Assembly (NCBI GenBank): GCA_039545335.1
Contig: BCIN01000004.1
Span: 486,925-550,924 of the forward strand
Reading direction: 5' to 3'
From: Kondoa subrosea
Lineage: Eukaryota
DNA: 64,000 bases
The notes beneath the pieces are model-generated. The model made no database searches. It worked only from the letters and a program-made list of their open reading frames with translations, and was not told the origin of the DNA. Shown here in pieces: positions 1-13,421 of the stretch. Position 1 is the first letter of the stretch; each line of letters begins with the position of its first letter. Made by a program: the position numbers and the translations under genes.

Positions 1-795
1 ACCGATATCTCAACTCAAGCATCTGCATATCATGCAGGGAGAGGGTCGACCCGATTGCGAAGGCATTGATATTGCTGCAACTCTGTATGGACTTGTACAA
101 GAATGTGAGCAAGAACGCAATAGTAACGTTGAGCAAGCTCGATCCAATTCCTTCGCTGCCTGCTATACACCAAATCTGAGTGGAGCGATGGTGAAAGTTG
201 GGAATAAAAATTACCATCTGTTGGAAGAATCGCTTCTACATTTCACTGGAAGTCGAAATAAAGTCACTATCGAATTGACAACTGATACGGCAATGACTTC
301 TCTTATACATCGGAATTTCAGGCAAAAACGGGATCAAGTCATACTAGTTGGCTGCGAGTCGGTTCTGCCCGATGGAAATCTGATTGGAAAATGCGGAGGC
401 TATACAATAGCAAGTGCTGGACATTTGGTAGAAGCGCCTGTATTTGCTGTAGCAAGAGTTGAGAGTTTGCAAATTGAAGAGAACGTCTCCTTGTTGGAAC
501 GGCAAGGAGAAGCAAGGGCTTTGTTGCCCGCTTGGTTCGCGCACGATGCTGCTCAGGCAAGAGAAGACTTTGTTCGTCAATCTACCGCAGCGAATCAAGC
601 TATGTTGCAAGTGTCGAATCCGAAGTTCGAGGTCATACCTGCAGATATCTTGAATGGGTTTTTGACAGAGGTGAGTCTTTTCAGAGAATTCGTTAACATC
701 GCTCAATGTAACCTCAGAACGGAATCTTGGATATAGATGCCATCAAAGGCTTGATACAGGCAAATCGCAGCGCAGCTCAAGCAGTATGGGGTTAA
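1..795 (+). CDS. eIF2B alpha/beta/delta / MtnA / R15P-isomerase-like (IF-2B family) protein, 3' part; 5' end probably outside window
   Basis: Motifs ILVGCESVLPDGNLIGKCGGYTIA and VSNPKFEVIPADILNGFLTE; intron 671-717 (gtgagt..cag) gives final exon NGILDIDAIKGLIQANRSAAQAVWG*. Confidence 0.75.
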
Positions 796-834
796 TATTG
801 AAATTATGCGCGAAATTGTGACTGTATGCTAGTG

Positions 835-2829
835 CTATGTATTCAAAGAACAATATGGGTATGCTTGTGTGGAAATGACAGTGCTTAAGCAAATTCTAAA
901 TGGATTCAAACACGAAGACAGTCTTAGTTGGATAGTTGAAGACGACTCGGCATTCCAGTATACGTGTCTTCTCTTCTCAATGGCGTGCAATGGATAGTGC
1001 CGCCTGAAATCAAGCGGGATTCTGAAGCAATGAAAAGATACAAACATTAACAAACAGAAAACAATATTGAAGAGGCTTTTGACATACCCCAACCTGTTCC
1101 GAGACTGATTTGACGTTCGATAAGCAGATTGATTAGCTTCCAATGCCTGATGGAATGAAAGATTGCGTCCATGAAGCTGAGAACCATTGATCAGCCAACA
1201 CTCGCAATATGGATTGAAGAGGTACCCATGACTTTGAGTGCTTCCACCATTTCGCTGCCAGATCTCCAACTTTTTCAAAGTCGACAATTGAGGTAATTGT
1301 AAAGCTTGATAGATACCTTGAGGTGTAAGAAGCTCCTAAATTTCTTTATCAGACTGTTAAATAGCCCAGTATAGTATAATGCTTACAAAGTCTGTGACAC
1401 CCAATGTCTGAAGTCTGGCTCCGGGATGCAAGTTCAAGAAGAATTGATCAGTCAAATCTTGACCAGCTACGACAAGATCTGTGAGCTTGGGGCAACTTTT
1501 GATGGCTTCGTCGAGAATAGGTGGAACAGTAGAGCAAGCAAGCCAGGGTGTCCTGTAAATTATGAGCGACGAAATATATGAGAGATTAAGGTGTTACTTA
1601 CATGATGCAAAGCTTCTCCAGCGTGGGTCCATTGCGCTGAACGAATTGCAGTAAACCAGCTTTAGTGATAGCGCTGGCAGTAATACCTTTCGAATCAACA
1701 GTCAGATCTCGAAGCTTCTTCCTCGGTTGGAAACATGCCTTGACAAGACATCAGAGTCAGATCGGTGAGCTTGTTCTCGCCTCCCAAATGGAACAGTGTC
1801 CGATCGTCAATCAAGGTCTCCCTTAAGCTGAGTCTGGTAAGGGAAGCTTTCTGGACAGGAAGAGTGAAGCATTTGGCAGGTGGTAGAAGTACAGCGTCAG
1901 GTCTGATGTGATACGAGTCTTTAGCTGAGGAGAAGACATCAGCTTGGTCCGTATACCCCGCCAGCAAAGCATACGTCTAAGATGAAGTCAGACTGGCGCG
2001 AAATGTCTAGTTGGGAGTTGACTTACTGATGAATGACAGAAAAATGATTCAATTTGGGCCATGATGCTATGAGAGGCATTATGATTTCGCTTGACCAATC
2101 GAAATATGGGATGAGACTAGAGTAGTGCTTTGATCGTCTAGCGACATGTAAATCAGCGGGAACATCAATTCATCTGGAAGCTTATCTCGTACCTATCACT
2201 CTCCAAATAGACTCTGATTTCGAAAGAACGCAATTGCTGTAACCCTATCATTGCTCGAAGTACTTTCTCTTGAGATATAGTCTCGAAAGAAGCCACAGTC
2301 AACTTCCTAATGTTTGGACAGTGGGCAATGACATCTGCAAATGCTTCTCCTTCAGATCCATATTGTTGCTGTAAATGAACAACAAAGGGGAGAAAGAGAT
2401 ATTCGTTAGCTAAGAAGACTTCTTCTTGTTGATGAGTATTCGACTAACCCTCCAAAGTGATCCATCTAGAGTTGAAGTGATATGAACAGTTCTAACCGCT
2501 CGAGAGAGGAATTCGTTTCGCTTAAGGTTGGCTACAATCTCAGGCGCAAAGTATCCTTGCGTCTTGCTCAGGGCAGGTCCAAGATGTCGCCAAAGACATT
2601 CTTGAGCAGGCTAGGGATGATAGATCGTCAGTGAAACTCCTCTTCTGTCATGCAATCCACTCACTTGATACCAAGAACGACAAACTCGTGCATAAGAAGC
2701 CAAGTTGGCTTGATAGCTTGCATCGCGGTCTTCAGGCTCTTTGGTTTCGAGTGCGTAGAACTCAAAGATCTCCCTCAAAATGTCTTCGTGCAATGTAGGA
2801 TAGCTAGTTTCGCATTCATCACAATCCAT
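835..2829 (-). CDS. F-box-like / RNI-like (LRR) hypothetical protein, multi-exon
   Basis: N-terminal PTLHEDILREIFEF...LASYARVCRSWYQ|PAQECLWRHL F-box-like signature across an intron; Leu-rich downstream exons; 3' end approximate. Confidence 0.6.
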
Positions 2830-3181
2830 TTCAGATCAACAAAGGCAGAGATGAGGTTAGTAAAGACGGAGAACTGGAAAGCAGTGTTCAGTCGGGCTCT
2901 CGAGATGAAAATGAAAAGCACCGCTTTGCGATGAAGAATGGAGAGGGACAGGAAAGAGAGCAAGAAGAGCAGTTGAAGGACATTGTAGAAGAGATCTTCT
3001 CTTTCAGTCAAAGGGAATAGAAGTCTGGCTCGAAAATGAAGCCGACTCGAGTGATCCTTCGAAGGCTAAGCACACTCGTTCCAGCAGCACGAGATAATGC
3101 GATACAAGCTGAGTTATGTACGCTGTCCATATACTTGAACAGTGATGGTGCTTGGCGAAAGACGACCGACCGAATGCATTG

Positions 3182-5349
3182 ATGTCGAGCTTATTGCCTC
3201 TTGAGCTCGAAGATGTTGTGCAACGATGGGACGAAACCTTCTCCTACCCGCTCCTGAGTCAGCAGTGGTTTATACAAGCAGGATTTCAAGGGTTGGACGC
3301 AAGACTGCGAGGTGTATATTGGAGATGCTATTTGGGCGTGCTCATTGTGCCTACTTCTCAACAGCAAGCTTTCTCTTCCGCGTATACCTTCGCTCTGGAC
3401 CGCTCAAGGCAAGAATGGGTCGATCTCAAGGCTAATTATCTCACAGCACCGGATGGAAGACAGGCAGCTGCTTCCTCCTCTTCTAGCATATCTTCTCGCC
3501 AAAGCAGAGTGTATTACGATCCTCTTTCGCTAGAGTCTAGCAATCCTTGGCCAGCTTGGTTTAAGAGCTTAGACCTGCGCGAGGAATTACGTAAGGATGT
3601 ACTTCGAACGTATGCAACTTTGAGCGCTCTAAACTATCTGATCTTATTCTTCGAATATAGCTTCCCAGATATCGACTATTTTCGATCCGAAGAAGTTCAA
3701 GAAATGCTCCTCAATATTTTGCAAGTTTGGACCAAGCTCAATACAGATATAGGTTACCGTCAAGGGATGCACGAGCTCTTAGCACCGCTACTTTTGACTT
3801 TACATCTAGAAGCTCTGGATCCACCTGCCTCTTCGTCTTCTTCTCCACTTTCGCACACAACTGAAATGATGTATCAAACTCTGTCTCGTAAATATCTAGA
3901 ACACGATACCTGGGCTCTGTTCAACGCTTTCATGGCTCAGGCTAAGGTCTGGTACGATCCAAACTCTTCAATCGTGCTCTCACCTTCACCGAAATCTCCA
4001 AGCGAAAATCGAACAGTTCAACCAATCATAGCACAAATTACTAATATACAAAACACACTCTTACCTACTCTCGATCCTCAGTTACATCAACATCTTTCCT
4101 CTCTGGGCATAGAGCCTCAATTATGGGCTCTAAGATATATTCGCTGCTTATTTGGAAGAGAGTTTGATCTGTCTCAAGTGATGTTGATTTGGGATGGCGT
4201 CTTTGCAGTATTCGCGCAAGATCGTAGCTTCAAGATTGTGGATTACCTTTGTCTGGCGTTGCTCGAAAGAAGGAGAGATACCTGTAAGTTGGAATTCTAG
4301 CTACAATACGAGAACACGCTCATGATCAACACATATATCTACTAGTACTGGAAGGCGATTTCTCGTCAACTCTACAAGCTTTGCTGCATACTTCAGGGAC
4401 AGAATTGAATCAAGATGTCCAGATACCTCTACTCCTTCAGCATGCTCTTTCTATTCGTGATAGCCCGTCAGAAACGACTGCTAGCAAGATCTATAAACAA
4501 AATACAATCAACGGCTTTTGTGATGGATCGCACCCTTTCGATCTAGAAGGTTCGCACACGAGTGAAAAGAGAACAGCCAGCCATAAAAGAAGTGAAAGCG
4601 CTCAGCCGAAACGCTCACCTGTCTTTCCCAACTCAATTTCTGATGGAGCGGAACTGGTCAATAACTTTGCTACAAACATTTATGGGAGGTCAGAGGCTTT
4701 AGGAATCAATCGAGCTGTACTTGGAACAATCGGCGAATTGAAGGTAAGTCTTTGAAGCGATGCCTGGATATCTAAGTCAGGCTAAGTAAATCGTGTCTTT
4801 TAGCGGACGGTTGGAACCTATCAACAAGCCTTTTCTCCGCCAGCTGATCAATCTGGCTTTCCCAAGGATCTGTCAACTGTTCAAACTTCTCGCTCAGCAA
4901 CTCAAATCAACAACCTCACTAGCGAACTTTCTTCTCTCAAAGCCTCAAACACAGATCTGAGCAAAGCCTTGACGATGTGCATCAATTTGCTTCAAGCTCA
5001 ACCCCAAAGTATTCCAGCTGCCTTACCTATCCTTTCTCATGTCAGAGATGTACTCGATAGCACTACATCCTTCAATCCTGCCATTCTACAAGAAATCGTT
5101 TCCACATCTACCAAAGAATCTACTGCTACTTCTATGCATCGATCAAAATCAGACGAAGCATCAAGTAAAGCCAGACCACCTACTACTACTACTACATCTA
5201 CTTCAGGTATAAGACCAGGTAATCCTACTCTATATCTATCTTCGAGAGATCTACATGTTTCAACCGCTTTGCCAAGAGTTGGATTTGGCTCCAAGGCTAG
5301 AATAGCCGATACGGTCTCTGGTAGTCAGAATCCTCTTGGAGCGTCTTGA
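3182..5349 (+). CDS. TBC-domain Rab GTPase-activating protein (TBC1D5/Gyp6-like)
   Basis: LRGVYWRCYLG, LRKDVLRT|FP (Arg finger), GYRQGMHELLAP (Gln finger), IEPQLWALRYIRCLFGREF, LIWDGVFA; spliced low-complexity C-terminus. Confidence 0.9.
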
Positions 5350-5547
5350 AATACTGCCGGTACTTAAGAGCGGGACTCAAGTATGATCCACTTGAGATCA
5401 GAGGCATAAAGCAATCGAACACCGTTGTGCTATATCATTGTACTACAAGGCTATAATTGGATCACTGTACAAGGCATTGTACAAGGCAGTCATAGGTAAT
5501 CAAATATGCTGTGGTATATTTACATCAAGTCATTCAAGCGAATCCAG

Positions 5548-7671
5548 CTATTCTGATGCCACTGGAGGTACAGCCGTCTTCCTGCTTCCGACAACTTTGG
5601 ACCAAGTCAATCCTTGGGCTTTCTTTGCGCTAGTCTGAGACATCTTATCCGCGTCCACTTCTGCGGGTGTTTCGCTTTGTTGTGACAAAGGACTGATGAC
5701 ATTCGTTTGAGTACCGGCGCTTCCACTCCTCTTGCGGAAATTAGCCAAGAATCGACTGCTTGTTGGAGGACTGCTAGCTTGTAATTCTGGACTTTGTACA
5801 GGACTTGGTGAACCAAATGAGGATGAAGGAGTCACTTGAGAATCAGAATTGGATTGAACGAGACCTGGAGGTGCACCGATTGGTTGGGCTTGAGTAGATC
5901 CACTATTCTTACGAAAGAGGCCTGGAATGAACGGATTGCTTGTCGAGGCAGGACGCTTTACAGATCCGTCGGAGCCTGTTCTCCTTCGGGTGTGATTTGA
6001 CTTGACGGATGGTGTGGAAGAAGAAGTAGACCGTTGAGAAGTATTGAGAGGAGGAAAATAGGATTCTTGATGTACTGGTGGTTTCTGCCTCTTGAAAGAC
6101 CCGACGGCGGAACGAGTAATTGGAAACTCGATCGGTGCCATCATTTGTCCTTGATGCATTTGAAGCGCTACATCCAATCTTCGTACTTCTGCTTCCAAAT
6201 TGGCCAAAGTAATATTGAGATCCGGCAACACTTCTTTTTCATAACGAGCTTTCTCCAGATTCAACCCATCCTCCCTTGAAGTCGTCTCTTCTAACTCGCT
6301 CGTCAAAGCCTTCAAAACTTGTTCATCCGCTTCTAGCGATCTCCTTCCTTCGCTATCAGCCGTAGTGATCCTAATCTTGCAACTTTCAACTCGAGCTTTC
6401 CATTCTTGTTCTTCCTCTTCAAGCGGTTTCAACTCCTCAACAAAAGAATTCAAACCATCTGCATCTTCACTCAAACTTTCTTTGATTTTCCTAGTCGTTT
6501 CCTCTAAAGTAGAAATTCTTTGTCGACCACGTAAATCTTCTCGAGTGGATTTCTCTAAAGCTCGTTTTAAAGTAGCTATTGAAGCTTGCAAAGTTTGTTC
6601 AGCTTGTTTATTGCTTGCTTTGACTTCTTTCAACGTGTTCTTTAACTGACTTTCACTAGGCTGAGAAGAAGGGGTTTCAATACCTGATGAAGAAGAGGTA
6701 GTAGAGGTAGTAGGTAAAGAAGGTCGAGTTACAGCAGTACTAGTATTTTCATTGCTGCTTGGATCATGAGAAGAATACGGAGGTGGTGGTCCATCAGGTT
6801 CTAAAGCAGTGGTAGTAAATTTGGATCGAGGTTCTTCAATTTTAAGCGATGCTGCTGCACTAGGCAAAGGTGACTCTTCTTCCTCTTTTCGAGACTGATC
6901 TACAACATCCAATTCCACTTCATACTCCTTTCCTGGTTCTAGATTATATACTACAATAGTAGCTGAAGGAACTCCGTCGGTTTTGCTATTTGTCGAATTC
7001 CCATTATCGAGAAAAGCAGGGTCAGAATGAAGAACATGAGGCCAAGGTACGGAGTTTAGTCGGATAGAAATAGCAGGAGGAGGGATTGCAGGTTGCGTAG
7101 CTGGAGTTGAAGCTTTCATAGAAGCGTTCGAGATAGACCTGGTTCTTCTATTAGACATATGATTCGACGGTCCGGCTACAGGCATTGTTTCTTCTGGAAG
7201 CTCGATACTAGGTGAAGGAGGGGAAGAAGGTATCGAAATAATTGCTAAAGCAACAGAAGTCGAAGACACATCAATGACTTCTAGCTTGAGACTGCCTCTA
7301 TGGCTAGTATCCGGCGTAGTATCTCCAGATACAAGCTCTGGACCCTTCCATGGTCGAATTGAGTTCCATTTGAGCTCGCTTGACGGACCAGCAACGGAAG
7401 TGCCAGCAACGGTAGATGAGGGTTTCTTGCGCTCTAGAGTAGCTATTAGTCTTCCAATAGATATGTGTGGACATGTGCTGACCATCAGAAGCGCCCTGCT
7501 TTGCCTTGGCCTTTGGCATACCGTTTGCAGATACTTTCTCCCAATTGCTACTGGATCCTCTACAATGTTGATCAGTAGTAGCTGGTAGAGTCCAGTATGT
7601 CCTCTCTTCAACTGGAGGGTACTATCAAGGCTAATGCAGATTCGTTGGTATTGGTCACTGTCACAGGCCAA
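5548..7671 (-). CDS. Hypothetical protein with fibronectin type III-like segment and long coiled coil (AcrB-like architecture)
   Basis: 707-aa ORF; LEVIDVSSTSVAL...ISIRLNSVPW...IVVYNLEPGKEYEVELDV followed by a heptad-rich region; true start uncertain because of introns near 7480-7620. Confidence 0.6.
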   Translation of the reverse strand: MACDSDQYQRICISLDSTLQLKRGHTGLYQLLLINIVEDPVAIGRKYLQTVCQRPRQSRALLMVSTCPHISIGRLIATLERKKPSSTVAGTSVAGPSSELKWNSIRPWKGPELVSGDTTPDTSHRGSLKLEVIDVSSTSVALAIISIPSSPPSPSIELPEETMPVAGPSNHMSNRRTRSISNASMKASTPATQPAIPPPAISIRLNSVPWPHVLHSDPAFLDNGNSTNSKTDGVPSATIVVYNLEPGKEYEVELDVVDQSRKEEEESPLPSAAASLKIEEPRSKFTTTALEPDGPPPPYSSHDPSSNENTSTAVTRPSLPTTSTTSSSSGIETPSSQPSESQLKNTLKEVKASNKQAEQTLQASIATLKRALEKSTREDLRGRQRISTLEETTRKIKESLSEDADGLNSFVEELKPLEEEEQEWKARVESCKIRITTADSEGRRSLEADEQVLKALTSELEETTSREDGLNLEKARYEKEVLPDLNITLANLEAEVRRLDVALQMHQGQMMAPIEFPITRSAVGSFKRQKPPVHQESYFPPLNTSQRSTSSSTPSVKSNHTRRRTGSDGSVKRPASTSNPFIPGLFRKNSGSTQAQPIGAPPGLVQSNSDSQVTPSSSFGSPSPVQSPELQASSPPTSSRFLANFRKRSGSAGTQTNVISPLSQQSETPAEVDADKMSQTSAKKAQGLTWSKVVGSRKTAVPPVASE

Positions 7672-7776
7672 CTCTCGCTTCTTGATCGCTTCGAACTTCG
7701 CTTTCTTTAGCTCCCAAGAGAACGATAACGACCGACATTGCTTTCAATAACATGACTAATATACAAACGAATCCAT

Positions 7777-10641
7777 CTAATAATTAGCTCTAGGAGCTGT
7801 AACCGGATAAGAGCGAGTTTGTCCTGCGATGACAGTCAGCCTGAACATGCTGACGGGACGACTGAAGCTTACCTCCGCCTTGCTTCATCTCCACGCGCAT
7901 ATCCCAAATTTGATCCCCTTCAGGCGTGACAGAGACAGAGACATAATTCCGTCTAAAGAGGCATCAGATCCTAACAAATAGGAGCGCGATCACAACACAC
8001 CTGCCGACAATGTACTTGTTAGACTTTTGCGGTTTGCCAGTCTCCGGATCAATGTCGAACATCGGTTCCTGCAATTCAAATCAGTCTTCATGCGAGGAAG
8101 TGAGAGGTGCCACAGACCATAGTCTCGTCGATTCCTTCCTTACTGCAGGCGAGAAGAACATAGACATAAGCAAATCCGGAGATCAGAACTGGCTGTCAAC
8201 TTACTGCAGCGTCTTATGTGTTTTGGTGCAGATCTTGTTGAGAAGTGTAATCATCGGTTGTGGTGGTGCTGTACGATGGAAAATACGTGCTCTTAAGCGA
8301 CGAAAAGCAGCATAGAGCGACGTGCGACGTACGGGTATTGACAATTGCCGAAGAAATAATCTAAAGGCCTTGTCAGCGGAATCTGAGAACAGTGGGAAGG
8401 AGAGCACACGTTAAGCATAAACTTTGGATCCTTAGCTGGTTCTACATGGTCTTTCGAGAAGATTTTCGCAACGGCACCTACGACACTCGTTCAGAATAGA
8501 GCATTCTGCCGGTCGAAGAAGCACGAACCAGCGTGAACATCACTGTTTACATATAATAAGCTGAGGCTCTCAGGTCAAAGCAATTGTACTAACCCGCTCA
8601 AGAACGAAATCCGAAGTTTATTGTTCTTTGCAAGCTGTTCACATTGGCAGACAAGCCAGTTCCGTTCTTCCTTATGATCACTTGCCGTCCAGTGGTCGCT
8701 CCTGTGCGTGAGTGATCAGCAGAATCATTTAAATCGGTGACGTGTGACTTACAGATCATCCAGCAGTTCAGCTTGACCGTTGAATTTGTTCAGCATGCCG
8801 CCCAAGCCAAAGGAACCAGTCTTGGCAAGCTGAAACTTACATCAGCCATGATCTCAAAGAGACAGAGTCATGACGTACCATCGTTAAAGGGTTGAGGCTC
8901 GATTCCATGACTGCTTGCAATGTCAGTTTGTGCTCGCTGCAGTAATGTAATCACTCACATTTCTCAGCAAAAATCATCCGAGGGTAAGCGATCTATGTCA
9001 TAAAGTCAGCTTGATACTATCAATAAGTCAGAAGCACTAACAGGCACGCCGACAAGCACACAAAGATGCTCCACTTCCGCGGGCAGCTGATTGATTTGCT
9101 GGAATACCCGTTCATAAGTCAGTTTCGAACAAATCTGAGTCTTCTTCCTTTCGGCTCGACAATCAAGGAGTATAATGTATTGCTTCGGACCCAGGCAGGA
9201 AAGGAAGTTGTGCGATGGGAATGGAATGTAGACGCCTTCTCCTCCAATAATCATTGATTTGCTTGAATGAGCACCAATTTGGGGTGATGTGCCATCGAAT
9301 TCGTCGACTATGAAGTTTTGGAAGAGAAGATACCAGAAGTAGCCTCTGGAGCCGATAGCGCTGAATACCGGCGAAGTTTGCAGCGCATCAGGATAAGAGC
9401 CGAATCCGTCGATAAGCTATGCAACAATTGAGCTTTTAAATTTGCCCAAAGCAATGTGCATACATCGTGATCATCCAACATGTTCAACATTGGAATACGA
9501 GCGATAGCGCGACCGAAAGCTCCATTTCTGAACCATGCACAATAGTGATTGAAGAAGAATCGATCCAACGCAAACTTCATTTCATCGGTAAGAGGATGCT
9601 TTGCTTTCCAAACTTCATCTTTTGATGCGATCCAATCGACAAATTCTGGTTCTCTTGCCAAAGGATCACAATAAATCTGGTCTCCACCTCCAACCAGACA
9701 GTGGTATGGTGCAGCCTTGTGCTTTGCCAGCAGATCTTCCCATAAAGGCGAAGGACCATTGAAGTCTTCTACTTTCACACCAGCGCTCTGAAAAGAGTCA
9801 GCTATGCTTTTCCGCAAACCACAAAGGTACTCACAAAGCCATTACAAGAATGCCCAACCCAGCTAACATCATTGCGGTAAGCAATGAATGAAAGCACCAG
9901 GAATGGAAGCTTACCGCATGTTTTGGCTTGCAGCTGGAACGAAAAACTGGATTTCTCGACCTCCCTATACAGCGGTCAGATGATCAAGATACAGGCCAAC
10001 AAATATTCACTCACATTGAGTGAATATGATATAGCTTGCTCATGTTCCGTAAGAGGTATCTCTAATTTGAATCGCCAAAAAGTGTTGCCTCCGGCCAGAG
10101 CATGGTATGTGAAGATACTTTGAGCTTCAATCGTCTTCTCTCCTCCATTGCCATTCAAAGTAACATTCTGCATCCCTTGTTCCAATCCATGACCACTACT
10201 AGCATGCCATTTCAAATATGGTTTTGGTTGATAAATGGAACCAGTATCGGCAGTGACGACCATAGCAAAAGCATGATAGATTCCATCTTTCATTGTATCG
10301 TAACGCAACATAGGTCCAAGCATAATCTGTAAATGTGGGTTCATCCCAAGTTTCGCAGCAGCTGGATCATCTTTATGAGGTCCAGGCTCAGTGTATGTCC
10401 CTTGAAGACCAGCACCACCCGAAACAGCGCCAGGTAGATCACTAGGTGCAATCGCAGCTGGAGGTCGATAGTTGGGTACTACATAGCCTGTTGCACCAGC
10501 TTGTTCTGGCACTTCGATCGCAGCGTTGATCTCTTCATCAGTCATGGGCTGAGTCGCATGAAGACCGCCAGTTCTGCTGGTCAATGCATCTTGTTGTTCC
10601 TTGTCTGCTCTCCTCCTTGCTCTGAATCCTGGCTCATCCAT
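7777..10641 (-). CDS. PhoD-like metallophosphatase (fungal type, no signal peptide)
   Basis: GGGDQIYCD, MLDDHD, LLDCRAER, DHWTA..HKEER and ISFLSG|DVH motifs over many exons; last exon GQTRSYPVTAPRANY*. Confidence 0.85.
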
Positions 10642-10927
10642 TGTAGAGTGTTATATAGGTTTGATATATGATTCTTAGCGACAGGTATAGCCCTTTCGAA
10701 GGTATCGATGTGGCAGTATTGAATCAAGCGAAGTCAATTTCGGAAATTTGAGATTTCAGATGCTGTACAGAACAGGACGCTCAGGAACTTGTCAATAGGA
10801 CTCAATAGGGTCTACATCTTTTACAATTGCAATTTTCATCATGCTGTTCGTCATATGCAATGCCAAGCAATTCGATTTGCCTACAAATAGACACCCGAGA
10901 AGCGCTGTTCTTGCTTCAAATTGAGCT

Positions 10928-13203
10928 CTATAGAATAATCTTCCAGTATACTGCTGTACAGTTGCTACCCGCAGTCTGTTGAGAACCGTTCAAAACGTCA
11001 GAATCTGTCGCATTCCAACATTAAAGCGACTTACGATTGTCTCTTCGGCTGTATAATGACCAACTTTACTAGAAGGTGACAGTTGCAACCTCTTATGTGG
11101 CATACGTGATCTGTGACAACCAGACTTCAGTGGTCAGCAAACAATCAAGTACTCGACTGAATGAGAGTCTCGACATACTCAATCTTCCACTGCTGAGCAT
11201 CTTCAGGCAATACAGGTCCACCAGTAAGAGGATGCAGATGTTGAGGTACAGCAGAATTCGATCTCTTGCCGTTTCCTAGTTGATAAGCTTCATTCTGACC
11301 CCAGACAAAGACATCTCTTCCACTAGAAATCGATCAGCCAAATTTGAGAATATGTGAGTGTATGAGACTTACTATCGAGCTTTATCAATCGTCACTGCAT
11401 TGTCTAGAACAGCTACCGCGTGCGTTCTTCCAACAGAAAGATCCTTGATTGGGATAGGCAAGACAGCTTGAGCTTGTTCGCTCCCTTGAAGATTCAATAG
11501 ATCAGGTTCACCATCTCTCGTTGACTTTTGTTCTGAACTCACATTCGCTCAATCCACTAATGGTTTTGACTTTGGTTGGTGAGCCTTGATGATTCCACTG
11601 ACCATTTCCAATACCTCCCCAAGATCCCATTCTGCATTAAAACATCATTACATATCTCAAGCGCGTGTCATTTGTACTACTCACCCGCATGCAAGCACAT
11701 CAATAGCTTTACGACCCATTTTCAGATCTTGAGTTTCAGCTACAAAGTAAGAAGTGTTGCCTCCTGCTGCTATGCTTTTGCAAGAGACGCGAATGTCTTT
11801 AGGATACGATCTTGATAATGTCACTTCTGTAGGCGTGGGTATAATCTATCATGGTTGGACTTGCCTTAGTCATACGCTGACAAAGACTGAAGCAACACTG
11901 ACAGGAAAGGCTAATGATGGACCGACACCCTATACTCTCAAAGTTAGTTGACCTCCATTCAGCCATAGCATTCAACTCACCAGCGATCCATAGTTGTTCG
12001 CACCAAATGCCAGAATCCTTCCTTCTGATGTCCGTGCCAAGCTATGTCTATCGCCAGCGATGAATTGAACAACATGTAAACCTTTGAGAGCTGGTATTTC
12101 ATGCAAAGTTGTAGAGAACCGAATATTTGAATTATCGTATTTCAGATCAGTTGTAGGTTTCAGAACAGGTTTGCTAGTCTTTTCTTCCGGAGGTGGAACT
12201 GAAGTAACCCAGGATTTCGGTATCGATGCAGATCCACCAAGACCTTTAGGCTTTCTTACTTCTACATCCAAGGCTTCTGAAGCTGGCGCTCCTAGTTCTG
12301 CAGGTTCAAAACCTATTGGATGAAGCATTTGTTGAGATCTGCCAATTTCTACCGCTCTTGTACCTAATTGACCCCAAGCATTTGCATTTGAATCAACTGG
12401 TGTACAAAAAGCTCTTCCTGCTGATGTTCTTGCCAATAGATGTGATAAACCAGCAGATAGAGATTCTACCTTCTCCGAAGAATGCAAAGGAACATTTGGT
12501 TTCACTTCCGCTACATCCACACCAGGATCTTGAGCAAACAACCAACGAACTCTCCACCAGCTTCTCAAACTTTGTCTTTCAGGCGTATCAACATCTTGTT
12601 TCTCCAAAGTAGAAGCATAGACATAAACTTTGCCTGATTTCGATAAAGCGTAAATCTTGTCATCGGTAGTTGCGACTTGAACAATGTTCTTTCCTCGAAG
12701 TGTTAAACGAGGTTGACTTGATCCTTCTGTTGCGTGACCTGATCCCCATTGCAAAACATCCCCATGCGCATCTACAGCTACAGCGTATTTCTCATGCAAA
12801 GCCAAGTCTACTCGATCGATCAGCCTGTAGATCATCAGACTAGCTGAAGGGACATACGCCGAAGAGGTTGAGACTCAAAGAAGAGCAATTCTTTAGGTCT
12901 CTTGATCAATTCCACATCTGCAGTAGTAGGCGAAACGACATTATGCCTGAGCAGCATCATCGATGATCAGACTGGCTGACAACCATGATACAGTGCTGTG
13001 TACCTATTCGATCCCCATAGATAGGTCTTCCTAGTCCTGTCTTGTTGCAATTGTGAACGCTGCTCATAGTCTTCGACTTTCGTTTCTAGCTCATGCTTGG
13101 GCGCAGCTGCTTCATCTGCTCGTAAGGTCGATGCACAGTACGTTGAGCCAGCTACTGCGCTCAAGAAGAGCAGGCTGGGCTTCAGACGATACAGAGTTGT
13201 CAT
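10928..13203 (-). CDS. FMP25: Mitochondrial RCC1/BLIP-II repeat protein, FMP25-like
   Basis: Presequence-like N-terminus, YLWGSNR, RCC1 repeats (SAGLSHLLARTSAG, NAWGQLG, IAGDRHSLARTSEGRILAFGANNYG); ends TAGSNCTAVYWKIIL*. Confidence 0.75.
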
Positions 13204-13421
13204 CGTGGAGGTGTGTGATCGTTTATAAAGAGTAAGGAACTGATCGAGAATCGATGTCGCGTCAGTGTGAGAAGAGCTCAATACAGGCATACGATCGTAA
13301 TAATCCTTAAAGCATAACGAACTAATCTACTTCTTCTTCTATCAAATGTCACTGGCCAAAACGAAACTTCACCCTTTTACATATCATATCTCATTGGGAC
13401 TGTCTTCTCTCTTGCTTGCTT

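Noticed and set aside
5441..5488. Short TGTACAAGGCA repeats
   Set aside because: Two copies plus a partial one in a convergent 3' UTR; no array structure, not CRISPR-like
8010..8407. Apparent stand-alone ORFs between the FN3-like and PhoD genes
   Set aside because: Explained as 3' exons and introns of the PhoD-like gene
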